Assembly: GCA_949430125.1 (NCBI GenBank)
Contig: CASQMQ010000025.1
Location: forward strand, 6,297-70,296
Origin: an uncultured Pseudomonadales bacterium
Lineage (GTDB): Bacteria > Pseudomonadota > Gammaproteobacteria > Pseudomonadales > Pseudohongiellaceae
Direction: 5' to 3'
Length of the DNA stretch: 64,000 bases
In this document: one piece after another, positions 28,026 through 37,834 of the stretch
Layout: each line of letters begins with the position of its first letter
Position numbering within the stretch: position 1 is the first letter of the stretch
Notes under the pieces: model-generated
What the model saw: the letters and a program-made list of their open reading frames with translations, nothing else
Databases searched by the model: none
Told to the model about the DNA's origin: nothing
Position numbers and translations under genes: made by a program

Positions 28026-28826
28026 CTACAAAGAGTTAAGTTGTGGCTGAGGCTTCATATAAGCAAGTACTAATAGGATCACACCGGCGGCTATCAATGG
28101 AGCAGATAACACTTGTCCCATAGTCATCCAATCTAACGCGACGAAACCGAGGTGCAAATCGGGCTCGCGGAAGAATTCAATGAAGAACCTGAAGCTTCCA
28201 TATCCAATCGCGAATAACCCGGTAACCGCCATTCGTGGTCTAGGCTTAGACGAGAACCACCAAAGGAAAGTAAATAATACGATTCCCTCTAATGCCACTT
28301 CGTAGAGCTGAGAGGGGTGGCGTGCCAATTGATCAACGTGGGGAAAGACCATGCCCCATGCCACATCAGTGGGCCTGCCCCAGAGCTCGCCTCCGATGAA
28401 ATTGCCGAAACGGCCAGCGCCGAGGCCGAATGGCACGAACGGTGCTATGAAGTCCATAACCTCGAAGAATTCTTTCTTGATGCTGCGCGAATACAGGAAG
28501 AATGCCAGCAGCACACCGAGCAGCCCACCATGGAAAGACATGCCTCCTTCCCAAACCCTCAGTAGCCATATTGGATCGGAGAGGAAGCGGTCGAAATTAT
28601 AGAACAACACAGAGCCCATGCGGCCGCCGAGAACCGCACCCAATGCTCCGTAGAATACCAAGTCGGATATCTGCTCTGCTGTCCATTCACCAGGTTGTTG
28701 CTTTGCGCGGATTGACGCCAGTCCCCAAGCACCTCCGAAGGCGATCATATACATAATGCCATACCAATGAATGCTTATCGGGCCGATGGCCAGTGCTACT
28801 GGGTCAAACTGGGGAAATGTCAGCAT
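28026..28826 (-). CDS. lgt: Prolipoprotein diacylglyceryl transferase
   Basis: [27 protein letters not shown]...[11 protein letters not shown]...[14 protein letters not shown]...HPSQLYE, 266 aa. Confidence 0.95.
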   Translation of the reverse strand: MLTFPQFDPVALAIGPISIHWYGIMYMIAFGGAWGLASIRAKQQPGEWTAEQISDLVFYGALGAVLGGRMGSVLFYNFDRFLSDPIWLLRVWEGGMSFHGGLLGVLLAFFLYSRSIKKEFFEVMDFIAPFVPFGLGAGRFGNFIGGELWGRPTDVAWGMVFPHVDQLARHPSQLYEVALEGIVLFTFLWWFSSKPRPRMAVTGLFAIGYGSFRFFIEFFREPDLHLGFVALDWMTMGQVLSAPLIAAGVILLVLAYMKPQPQLNSL

Positions 28827-28965
28827 GGGTCAGTGTCGCTTGTGTCGATTGAGATGCCCGCAGGCCAGTTAGCATTCATTATACTCAACCCGTGGCAAGA
28901 AAGTTTGGCAAATTTGCCTGGGGAGATTCTGTCCATTCTTTCTGTGAGACGTTAACATAGTGGCG

Positions 28966-29748
28966 ATGTGCCTAATCATTTTTGCGTACCAGAGCGACCC
29001 ACGTTTCCCGCTAGTTGTAGCCGCCAACAGAGACGAGATTTTTGCCCGACCAACCGATCAATCCGCCCTCTGGACAGATGGGGAATCTGGCCAAGAGATA
29101 CTCTCTGGAAGAGACAAGCAAGCTGGGGGTACTTGGCTGGGTATAACTCAGAGCGGGCGATTCGCCGCAGTGACGAATATAAGAGACCCGTCTCAGACCG
29201 AACGTCGAGCTCGATCTCGTGGCGACCTGACGCGGCAGTATCTAGCAGGCAACGATTCCCCACAGCAATACTGTAAACGATTAACAGAGAGTTACGACCA
29301 ATTCGCTGGCTATAACCTGCTCGTAGGCGATAGCAACTCACTATTTTATGTAAACAACCGCGAAAAAAAGGTTTGGGAGGTGGAACCTGGGGTGCATGGA
29401 TTGTCGAACGGCTTTTTGAACTCCTCTTGGCCCAAAGTAGATAAGGGTAAAGCACGTCTGCAGGCATTGATGCAGCAACCTAAGGGACTGACTACCGATG
29501 CACTTCTCGCAATGATGGGTGACAGGTCTCAAGCCCAGGACGCGGATCTCCCGGACACTGGAATCGGCATTGAAATAGAGCGTCAATTGTCTTCCGCCTT
29601 TGTTCTGAACCAAAAGAGAGAATATGGGACTCTGTGCTCTACCGCTCTAATCGTCGATCAACGGGGAGCTGCACGCTTTAGCGAACAGAACTTCGACTCG
29701 CTGGGCAATAGATCTCAAGGTCATTCATTCCAGCTGCCACCAGCCTAA
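28966..29748 (+). CDS. NRDE family protein (DUF833)
   Basis: The ATG at 28966 gives MCLIIFAY...VVAANRDEIFARPT...GGTWLG...AAVTNIR, the family signature. Confidence 0.75.
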   Translation: MCLIIFAYQSDPRFPLVVAANRDEIFARPTDQSALWTDGESGQEILSGRDKQAGGTWLGITQSGRFAAVTNIRDPSQTERRARSRGDLTRQYLAGNDSPQQYCKRLTESYDQFAGYNLLVGDSNSLFYVNNREKKVWEVEPGVHGLSNGFLNSSWPKVDKGKARLQALMQQPKGLTTDALLAMMGDRSQAQDADLPDTGIGIEIERQLSSAFVLNQKREYGTLCSTALIVDQRGAARFSEQNFDSLGNRSQGHSFQLPPA

Positions 29749-29819
29749 CTATAACTGTATTTATCGCACCGGCTTGAGTTAGATCTAGTAATTAATACAC
29801 TGACCACCGCGAGGCCTCT

Positions 29820-30398
29820 ATGTATATCCCCAAACATTTCGAGATTACTGATGAGACGGAAATAAGTAAGTTCATCGAAGCAAACTCCTTTGGTCAGTTA
29901 ATCTCTCTGATCGACACTGCAATCGTCTCGACTCATATACCTTTTCTCTTTGATGCTGAAAGCAGAGTACTTTTGGCTCACATGGCAAAGGCAAACCCGC
30001 AATGGCAACAGATACAAGAACAGAAAGTTCTCGTCACACTGCAGGGCGAGCACGCCTATGTAAGTCCAAGCTGGTATGAATCTGCAGGAGTTCCAACATG
30101 GAACTATCAGGCTGTGCATATAGAGGGAATCGCGGAGAGTTTCACCGATCCCAAAAAACTCAAGCGCGTGGTAGATAAACTTACCGAACAAAATGAATCT
30201 GGCTACCCTGATCCTTGGCAATCCGACTATTCTGCCTCGATGCTACGCGGCATCATTGGCATTGAGATTTCGATTACTTCGATACAATGTAAGTTTAAGC
30301 TTAGTCAGAACCGTAGCGTTCAAGATCAATCCAATGTGCAAGAGCAATTGGCCGACCGCGGGCATGAAGCATTAGCGAATGGGATGAATAAGTCCTAG
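29820..30398 (+). CDS. FMN-binding negative transcriptional regulator, PaiB-like
   Basis: MYIPKHFEITDE...HIPF...AHMAKANPQW...GEHAYVSPSWY....VPTWNYQAVH...KFKLSQNR, the PaiB family pattern; 192 aa. Confidence 0.8.
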   Translation: MYIPKHFEITDETEISKFIEANSFGQLISLIDTAIVSTHIPFLFDAESRVLLAHMAKANPQWQQIQEQKVLVTLQGEHAYVSPSWYESAGVPTWNYQAVHIEGIAESFTDPKKLKRVVDKLTEQNESGYPDPWQSDYSASMLRGIIGIEISITSIQCKFKLSQNRSVQDQSNVQEQLADRGHEALANGMNKS

Positions 30399-30501
30399 CG
30401 CACTTAGCCTTCTTCTAAAGTGTTTGCAAGCTTTCACTATTGCTGTATGTTTGCCGTAGATTCCCAACATCATTCAATCAAACATCCGACAGGAAAATCT
30501 C

Positions 30502-30784
30502 ATAGTTAACGAAGGCAATCATGAACCCATCGAAGAATTAAGTGAAGAGACGCGAGATATGCATAGAGCTATTACTTCTTTGATGGAAGAAATCGAAGCT
30601 GTCGATTGGTATAACCAGCGCGTCGACGCATGTAAAGATCCAGAACTCAAAGCAATCCTCGCACACAATCAAGATGAACAAAAAAACACGCGACCATAGT
30701 TCTCAAATGGATTCAACGTCGAGGTAAAACTCTAAACAAGGAATTTAAAGACTGCCTGTTTATCGGAAAAAAATCGGCCACTAG
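30502..30784 (+). pseudogene. Ferritin-like (encapsulated-ferritin type) gene with an ATA start and two poly(A) frameshifts
   Basis: Frame 1 reads (I)VNEGNHEPIEELSEETRDMHRAITSLMEEIEAVDWYNQRVDACKDPELKAILAHNQDEQK. After A7 (30680-30686) homology continues in another frame: HATIVLKWIQRRGKTLNKEFKDCLFIGKK. After a second A7 (30767-30773) it shifts frame again to IGH-stop. AGGAAA sits 8 nt before ATA 30502, and there is no ATG, GTG or TTG upstream in frame. Confidence 0.6.
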
Positions 30785-30803
30785 CCCAGAGTGCTATTCG
30801 CTA

Positions 30804-31409
30804 ATGATTCCTGCCGATGACGCACTGCAAGGACTGCAAGGACTGCGTCAAGGAAACGAAACGAAACGTTTCGATCCGGCAAGGTTTTTCATATTGAGAC
30901 AGAAATACTATTAAAACTGAATTCGCAGAAATGACAAAATCCTTTTGCGATAATACTCGGCTGTTCAGATTCATGGGTGCCTGCAGAAGTAGTATTTGGC
31001 CAAGGAATTGGCGACCTCTTTACTATTCGCGTCGCTGGTAGTATCGTCGCAGACTGCGAGCATCGAATTTGCCGCGGAAACTTCGGCACTCGTTTAGTAG
31101 TCGTCCTCGGCCACTCCAGATGCGGTGCCGTGCCGGCAACACTTGAGCAATTAGATAGGCCAGTTGCGAATAGATCACCCCACCTTTACTTAAATAGTCG
31201 ATTAAATTCGCTCTGCCGTTGAAAACCTGCTGCAATCAGGAAGCGATGAAGACTTAATGAGTCGCGCGGTACGATCCAATATTGAGGCATCCGTTAACAA
31301 TCTGTAGCTAGGATCAGACATTTTTAAAGGTCTAGTTTCCGATAAAGGCCTAATGATTGTAGGCGTCGAATACTGCCTCGATAGTGGTCTGATCGACTTC
31401 TTCAAATAA
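30804..31409 (+). pseudogene. Beta-class carbonic anhydrase, multiply frameshifted
   Basis: Fragments are spread over three frames: MIPADDALQGLQGLRQGNE; VPAEVVFGQGIGDLFTIRVAGSIVA; SQTASIEFAAE; FGTRLVVVLGHSRCGAV.ATLEQL. The C-terminal part is interrupted by several stops. A 9-nt duplication (30825-30842) and a 5-nt triplication (30853-30867) lie near the 5' end. Confidence 0.75.
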
Positions 31410-31465
31410 ATTCTTGAAGTGTCACGGAAAACCCCATCAATCACTATTGCCTGGTTAGAAATACT

Positions 31466-32031
31466 ATGAGCGACGTCTACGAGCTAGAAAATGCACGTGT
31501 CGTGCGGCGCCAGTGGCGAAGCGAAGACTATGCAGGCTTTGCCGCCATGAAGCAGACCCCAACGTAATTCTTTAATTTCCAAGATTACTTTCTCGTAAAG
31601 AGAGCGACTCACTAACTAAGAAACTTGACAATCTAGTTGCCGAAAAACACTCGAGTTTTTGGGTTGCAGTGCATAAGAGTGATAACGCATTTATAGGCCT
31701 CGTCGGCCTGAATCAGGCAGATGATCTACCGGTAGCTAGTTGGGGTAAAGGCTATGCAACAGAAACCGCAATCGCTGTGCTATATTTTGCGTTTTCTATT
31801 CTAGAGCAAGACCGGGTAACAGCCTTTACCACCGTCTAAAATTCTCGCTCACGGAAAGTAATGTCGAAACTGGGAATGGAGAAATCGGAATGAAAATTTT
31901 TTCATCCTAGGATTTTAGAAAATAGCGGGATTAAGGAGCGTGTCTACTACGAAATTTCTCGCGAGAAGTTCTATAGAGAATTCCAAGAAAATTCGGTAGC
32001 TATCTCTTCACAGCAAAGTTCTGAACACTAA
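31466..32031 (+). pseudogene. GNAT (RimJ/RimL-like) N-acetyltransferase remnant
   Basis: Fragments RRQWRSEDYAGFAAM, FWVAVHKSDNAFIGLVGLN, WGKGYATETAIAVLYFAF, RVTAFTT and VMSKLGME follow GNAT order. They are interrupted by stops (for example at 31566-31568) and by frame changes. Confidence 0.65.
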
Positions 32032-32045
32032 TCAGACTCTTCTGT

Positions 32046-34319
32046 TTAGTTTGTGCGAGAGGATCGCAGTAGTCGATCGACACCTGCGTTATACAAAGCC
32101 AAATCAACCGCGCTTCGTACCATCTGCGTATCATTAAGCTCCATCACGTTCTGTAAGAGTTCTTCAGCGACTTCTAATGTTATGCTGCGTAGCACAGACT
32201 TTACTTTTAATAACGAAGCAGCGTTCATCGATAGCACATCGTAACCCATGGCCATTAACAATATAGCAGCGCCTGGGTCCCCTGCCATCTCTCCACAAAT
32301 ACTTACATGCTTACCTTCAGCTTGAGCCGCATTGACTACTTGTTGTAATGCACTAAGTACGGCTGGGTGAAACGCGGAGTAGAGGTTAGCCACACGTGGA
32401 TTATTCCTATCTACTGCCAGCAGATACTGCGTGAGATCGTTGCTACCTACGGATATAAAGTCGACTAACTTGGCGAGGGCGCGAGTCTGATAGACGGCCG
32501 CTGGCAACTCTATCATAACTCCTACAGGTGGGAATTTTACCTTTACTCCTTCCTGGATAAGTTCGCGGTATTCCTTCTTAATGAGTTGCAATGCCGATGT
32601 AACTTCGTTGATGTTGCTGACCATAGGTAACATGATCTGTAAATTATCGAGACCAACGCTCGCTCTCAACATAGCGTGGATCTGTGCCGTGAAAATCTCA
32701 GGATGATCCAGAGTAACTCTAATGCCCCGCCACCCAAGGAATGGATTGGCTTCTTCTATCGGGAAATAGGGTAAAGATTTATCACCACCAATATCAAGCG
32801 TACGCATGGTCACCAACTTCGGAGCGAATGCCTCTAACTGCTCACGGTAGATTTGGTATTGCTCCTCCTCACTGGGGAAACGTTCTGCTAGCAGGAAAGG
32901 CACTTCCGTTCTGAATAACCCAATACCCTCGGCGCCCTGATCGAGAGAGCGTATAACATCTGTCATTAATCCGGTGTTAACCCACAGATGTACTCTGTGA
33001 TGATCCGCCGTCTCACAAGGCAGGTCCTTTAAACCCTCAAGGCCTTTGTCTAGCTGATCCTGTTCCTGAATCGTTTCGAGGAAACGAATACGGATCTGAT
33101 CTGAGGGGTTGGTTATTACCTCGCCCTTATAGCCATCTATTATGATTTCCTTGCCGTGCAACTGGGTATAAGGCAAATCCAGAGCACCCATTACCGTTGG
33201 TATGCCCATAGTTCTTGCGAGAATCGCAACATGTGAATTGCTCGACCCCTTCACGGATATCAGACCCTTCAGCTTGGACTCGGGCACTTCCGCCAACATT
33301 GAAGGCGTAATCTCCTCGCTAACGAGAATCGTGTTGTCCGCATACTCTGTTTCTACAATGACCTTCTCTTGCAAGTAGAACAATATGCGGGCGCATAGAT
33401 CCTTGATGTCGATTGCTCGCTCACTGAGATAGGGATCGTCCATCTCCTCGAAGGCCCTGACGTGTTCTTTTGCTACGTAGGCAAGCGAACCCTGCGCCCA
33501 GTACCCCATTCTTATTCTCTCGACAATCTCATTGCCGAGCGCTGCATCATCTAACATGCGAACGTAGACATCGAAAAGCTGCAGTTCCTCTTTCGCGACC
33601 TGCCCCGATAATTTCGCATGCAGACTGCGCATGTCCTGTCTTACCAACTCCAGGCAGCTATTGAGAAACTCTATTTCACCTTCGATGTCTCGAGTGCGGC
33701 GTTGGGGTATCTGACTAAGGTCCGCATGCGGGAAAACAACAACAGCCTCACCGACGGCGGCACCGGAAGATCCTGACACACCTGGAAATACTGTGTCTGA
33801 GGTCTTATGACCAGATGGGCTAACACCCTCTACTGCGTCAGTAGCCCTCGCATGGGCGATTACGCCAGAGAGTTGAGCGGAAAGCGTTATCAGGAATGCC
33901 TCTTCACTTTCGTCGAAGCGGCGTCGCTCTTCATGCTGAACAACCAGCACACCTAGTACTGAGCGATGGTGAATAATTGGCACACCAAGAAAAGAGTGAT
34001 AATTCTCTTCACCAGTATCTTTCAGATAGTGAAAACTCGGATGCAGCGAGGCATCCTGCAAATTGATCGGTTCAGCATGTTTCGCGACGAGGCCAACGAG
34101 ACCTTCTCCTGCTTCTAGACTGACGTGTCCGACCGATTCTTTCTTCAATCCATCGGAGGCCATCAACACATGTGCATTGATATCCTTGTCGAGCAAAAAT
34201 ACGGAACAGACCTGAGTATCTAAAGCTAGACGCACTTTGTGGACGATAATATCCAACGCCGACTGTAGATCTCTAGCCGCATTTACTTTTTGGACAATGC
34301 TTCGCAATCGCTCGAGCAC
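32046..34319 (-). CDS. ptsP: Phosphoenolpyruvate-protein phosphotransferase PtsP (EI-Ntr)
   Basis: 757 aa with an N-terminal GAF domain, the phosphohistidine region KGSSNSHVAILARTMGIPTV and a PEP-utilising C-terminal barrel (GSNDLTQY, CGEMAGDP). It lies downstream of rppH as in other gammaproteobacteria. Confidence 0.95.
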   Translation of the reverse strand: MLERLRSIVQKVNAARDLQSALDIIVHKVRLALDTQVCSVFLLDKDINAHVLMASDGLKKESVGHVSLEAGEGLVGLVAKHAEPINLQDASLHPSFHYLKDTGEENYHSFLGVPIIHHRSVLGVLVVQHEERRRFDESEEAFLITLSAQLSGVIAHARATDAVEGVSPSGHKTSDTVFPGVSGSSGAAVGEAVVVFPHADLSQIPQRRTRDIEGEIEFLNSCLELVRQDMRSLHAKLSGQVAKEELQLFDVYVRMLDDAALGNEIVERIRMGYWAQGSLAYVAKEHVRAFEEMDDPYLSERAIDIKDLCARILFYLQEKVIVETEYADNTILVSEEITPSMLAEVPESKLKGLISVKGSSNSHVAILARTMGIPTVMGALDLPYTQLHGKEIIIDGYKGEVITNPSDQIRIRFLETIQEQDQLDKGLEGLKDLPCETADHHRVHLWVNTGLMTDVIRSLDQGAEGIGLFRTEVPFLLAERFPSEEEQYQIYREQLEAFAPKLVTMRTLDIGGDKSLPYFPIEEANPFLGWRGIRVTLDHPEIFTAQIHAMLRASVGLDNLQIMLPMVSNINEVTSALQLIKKEYRELIQEGVKVKFPPVGVMIELPAAVYQTRALAKLVDFISVGSNDLTQYLLAVDRNNPRVANLYSAFHPAVLSALQQVVNAAQAEGKHVSICGEMAGDPGAAILLMAMGYDVLSMNAASLLKVKSVLRSITLEVAEELLQNVMELNDTQMVRSAVDLALYNAGVDRLLRSSRTN

Positions 34320-34502
34320 TAATTTTTACTCCAGTATCCCAACGCTGCGAAAGCACTTCCCGCGATCGATAAGATACTTGCTTACTTCGGTTCGGCATGA
34401 AGGTTTGATTCCCAAATCCAGAAATCGAACTGGGGGTGGTGCAGTATCGGTCTACTGCCTTGCCTTTTGTTTTGAACTTCTGCTTGGTAGAGCAGCAGAT
34501 AA

Positions 34503-35003
34503 TTAGCAATGAATTATAGGACTGCCTATATAACTACTAAGGGGGCTCTCTAACTGTTTCAAGGCCTTTCGGTAGACATCCCGTTTGAACTCGATTACTT
34601 GGTCCACCGGGTACCAAAAATTCACCCAACGCCAATCGTCAAATTCTGGCTTTTCAGTCTTACTCAATTCGACCCTACTATCATCGCCTTCGAGACTGAG
34701 CAAAAACCATTTCTGTTTCTGGCCAATACAAAGCGGATCACTGTGCTGGCGGATAAAGTTCTCCGGAAGGCGATAGTGCAGCCAGTCTTCAGTTTGATGC
34801 AGAATCTGTACATCGGCCTCAGACAAGCCAACCTCTTCATCCAACTCTCTAAACAAGGCCTCTTCCACCGACTCACTTTGCTTAATCCCGCCCTGAGGAA
34901 ACTGCCACGCACTCTGCCCTATTCTTTTCGCCCACAGCAACTGTCCTTGCCTATTACAAATGACAATGCCGACATTTGAACGAAATCCTTTTGAATCTAT
35001 CAC
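34503..35003 (-). CDS. rppH: RNA pyrophosphohydrolase RppH (NudH)
   Basis: [17 protein letters not shown]...[28 protein letters not shown] (Nudix box), 166 aa. Confidence 0.95.
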   Translation of the reverse strand: MIDSKGFRSNVGIVICNRQGQLLWAKRIGQSAWQFPQGGIKQSESVEEALFRELDEEVGLSEADVQILHQTEDWLHYRLPENFIRQHSDPLCIGQKQKWFLLSLEGDDSRVELSKTEKPEFDDWRWVNFWYPVDQVIEFKRDVYRKALKQLESPLSSYIGSPIIHC

Positions 35004-35270
35004 TGCTAGCAGCCCTTATAACGAATTATTACGAAAACAGTTCGACATTGTTTCACAAAACTTCCCTCCTGATCAATGGCTAAACTTAGGCAAAAATCAT
35101 TATTTTCTTTTACTATCAATATGTTAAGTTCGACTGTCGCAAGCCGCAGAAGTCTATTCAAGAGCTCGATCAGTGCAGAATGGAGCTTCAGGCAGCTATA
35201 ATGCTCGAATTGCCTGAATGACTTATGGGTCAGCGAGCAAACCACGTTGAAAAAATGGAAGAAAATCTGT

Positions 35271-35951
35271 ATGCAGACGACCAATTCGGGAAAGTTAGCC
35301 TTATTCGATCTAGATAACACCCTACTAGAAGGCGATAGCGATCATGCCTGGGGAGAGTTCTTGATCAGCAATAGTTTGGTCGAAGAGAAAGCCCATCGCG
35401 AGAAAAACGACCACTTCTACGATCAATACAAGCAGGGTGAATTAGACATACACGGTTACGTCGCGTTTACACTCCAGCCTGTTATGCAACTCGACCGCAC
35501 ACAGCGAGCACAACTGATTGCTAAATTCATGGAACAATCTGTTGAGCCTATCATTCTAGATAAGGGCAAAGAACTAGTGCGCACGCATCTGGACGCCGGA
35601 GACTTCTGCATTATCATTACCGCTACGAATGAGTTCATCTCAACGCCGATCGCTAAACTCTTCAATGCCGATTTAATAATAGCGACACAACTGCAAATTA
35701 GTAACAATATGTACAATGGGAAAATTTTCGGCACTCCCTGCTATCAAGACGGAAAGGTTGCGAAACTCAATGCATGGTTAGACCAGCAAGAAACCCGTTT
35801 CAATCTGAGTGATGCCGTATTCTACAGTGACTCCATAAATGATCTACCTCTACTACAAGAGGTGGCAACGCCAGTGGCAGTAGATCCCGACCAGAGATTG
35901 CGCGAAAAGGCAGAATCCGAAGGCTGGAAAATTATAACGCTACGAAGCTAG
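35271..35951 (+). CDS. HAD-IB family hydrolase
   Basis: The ORF track starts at TTG 35247; an in-frame ATG at 35271 gives MQTTNSGKLALFDLDNTLLEGDSD (DxDxT). ITATNEF and YSDSINDLPLL are HAD motifs II and III. Confidence 0.8.
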   Translation: MQTTNSGKLALFDLDNTLLEGDSDHAWGEFLISNSLVEEKAHREKNDHFYDQYKQGELDIHGYVAFTLQPVMQLDRTQRAQLIAKFMEQSVEPIILDKGKELVRTHLDAGDFCIIITATNEFISTPIAKLFNADLIIATQLQISNNMYNGKIFGTPCYQDGKVAKLNAWLDQQETRFNLSDAVFYSDSINDLPLLQEVATPVAVDPDQRLREKAESEGWKIITLRS

Positions 35952-35968
35952 CGCATCACGCAACTCTT

Positions 35969-37228
35969 ATGCAAACATATCTCAATTTAGGTTTAACCCC
36001 GCAAAGAATGTGTATCGCAGTACTAGCGTCCTTACTTCTTGTCGGGTGCAACGACGAAACAGCTAAACCGCAAAATATTGAATCAGTAAAAGAAATCACT
36101 CCCAGTACATTCGAATTACTCAATTCTGAACTGAGTTCCTCCGCTAAAGAAATAATCCTAGAATATGTCGAACAGATAGGCGTCGACCTCATTCAAGCCG
36201 GAATTGAGATTGAAATGCTTCAGTCTTCGATAGTCATGCTTACTGGGCAAGCAACCAACGAAAATCTAAGCCTCTCAAAAAAAACTTGGCTCGACGCGCA
36301 TAGCGCATACGAGCTCACTACGCTGCATCGCTACTTTGCCATGCAGCTACTTGAGGAGCAGAATAGTTTAGCGCTAATGCAGATTCAGTATCAGATCAAT
36401 CACTGGCCGATAATTCCTGGATATATCGACTATGTAAATGGCTATCCCGATAGCGGCATAGTGCACGATATTAATGTAAATCTAGACGTTAACTCTCTTC
36501 GCGAGCAACATGGCACCTTTGATATATCCGAAGTGACCCTGGGCTTCCATGTGATCGAATTTTTGCTTTGGGGAGACGATAATGATGCTGTTCCTCGACC
36601 TGCTGACGAATTCGATGCCGTTCTAGAACTCACCCCGAAAGAAACAGAAAGCGGCTATTCCCTAGAACAGCTAAGCAACAACCGCAGGCGAGTTTTTCTA
36701 TCCATCGCCACCGACACCTTGGTCAAAGATTTTCAAGCGCTGCAGTCTTTATGGCTTTCTGAAGAACCAAGTATAAGGCGAGGAATCGAATCGAAATCGG
36801 TAACAGAAATTATCCTCATTCTTGCGGATTCGATGTCGGCAATGCTTACGGAAGAGTTGCTGCTGCGCTCTTTATATCCAATGCTGAATGGAAACTTTGC
36901 TGAGAGCATACAATCCCCCTATAGTCGGTCAACACAGAACGCGGTGTCTAGTCAGTTGAGTGGGTTGGAGAGACTATTACTTGAACGCCAAACTGAAAGC
37001 GGCGCAACTTTAGACGTCGTATTCTCTGCTATATCAGATGAATTTTCTGAATTCTTTTACCAGGACTTTGATGCGAGCAAGGCCTGTCTTGTATTGCTAT
37101 ACAGCAACAGTGAGAAAGTTTTAGCAGGAACTACGAACGAGAGAGAGTCCGAGGTCGTTGAGTGTATTAATTTACTGACCAACATTATTCACTATAACGA
37201 CAAGCTCAAATTCGATCTCACCAATTAG
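35969..37228 (+). CDS. Imelysin-like (peptidase M75 family) lipoprotein
   Basis: It has the lipoprotein signal LASLLLVGCNDE. The GFHVIEFLLWG motif (HxxE) and WPIIPGYIDYV resemble the imelysin/IrpA family. Assignment is from motif memory only. Confidence 0.55.
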   Translation: MQTYLNLGLTPQRMCIAVLASLLLVGCNDETAKPQNIESVKEITPSTFELLNSELSSSAKEIILEYVEQIGVDLIQAGIEIEMLQSSIVMLTGQATNENLSLSKKTWLDAHSAYELTTLHRYFAMQLLEEQNSLALMQIQYQINHWPIIPGYIDYVNGYPDSGIVHDINVNLDVNSLREQHGTFDISEVTLGFHVIEFLLWGDDNDAVPRPADEFDAVLELTPKETESGYSLEQLSNNRRRVFLSIATDTLVKDFQALQSLWLSEEPSIRRGIESKSVTEIILILADSMSAMLTEELLLRSLYPMLNGNFAESIQSPYSRSTQNAVSSQLSGLERLLLERQTESGATLDVVFSAISDEFSEFFYQDFDASKACLVLLYSNSEKVLAGTTNERESEVVECINLLTNIIHYNDKLKFDLTN

Positions 37229-37249
37229 GCCCGCGAATTAATAGAGCGC

Positions 37250-37768
37250 CTACCGAACAACTACCTCAATTTCAACAATCAGATCGTCTGCTAACTGCTC
37301 CAACTTTTCCTGCAGCTGCTCCAAAGCAACCTGCTCCGGCACCTCGAGAGTCGCTTTCGCCTTGAATAGAGCATCAGACGACATAGGCGCCGGTGTGCAT
37401 TGAGTGTTGAGCCGCTCCACATTAACGCCTAGCGCCGATACTGCAGCAGAAATTTCTTTAATAATACCAGGCCTGTCATTGCCTACTAAACTCAGCTCAA
37501 CCATTCGCGATTTTTGATCTGAAGGCTCGTCTGCGGCTTTCTCTATTACCAGCTTTAACTCAGGGGAGAACCCATTCAGTTCTTCTATAAGCTTTTCCAC
37601 ACGGTCATCCGCCACGCTAACCCGCAATATGCCTGCGAACTTTCCGGCCAGTTGGGACATGCTGCTCTCAAGCCAGTTGCCCGAGTTCGAAGCGATAGTC
37701 TGTGCTAGCGATTCCACTAGGCCCGGTTTGTCATCAGCAATCACGGTCAGTACTAAATTAGTTGTCAT
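37250..37768 (-). CDS. GcvR-like protein with tandem ACT domains
   Basis: The ATG at 37768 follows GAGGAA. MTTNLVLTVIADDKPGLVESLAQTI and a second ACT domain (ELSLVGNDRPGIIKEISAAV) give the GcvR architecture. The ORF track extends the ORF to 37810. Confidence 0.7.
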   Translation of the reverse strand: MTTNLVLTVIADDKPGLVESLAQTIASNSGNWLESSMSQLAGKFAGILRVSVADDRVEKLIEELNGFSPELKLVIEKAADEPSDQKSRMVELSLVGNDRPGIIKEISAAVSALGVNVERLNTQCTPAPMSSDALFKAKATLEVPEQVALEQLQEKLEQLADDLIVEIEVVVR

Positions 37769-37834
37769 ATATTCCTCAGCATTGATTCGTTCATAGTTAG
37801 ACCCCTGCACACCCAGGCTGCAATGTATAAGCCA

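Noticed and set aside
30502-30784. Encapsulin nanocompartment system (ferritin-like cargo)
   Set aside because: There is no encapsulin shell gene in the window. The cargo-like gene itself lacks a start and is frameshifted twice. There is nothing to support an active system.
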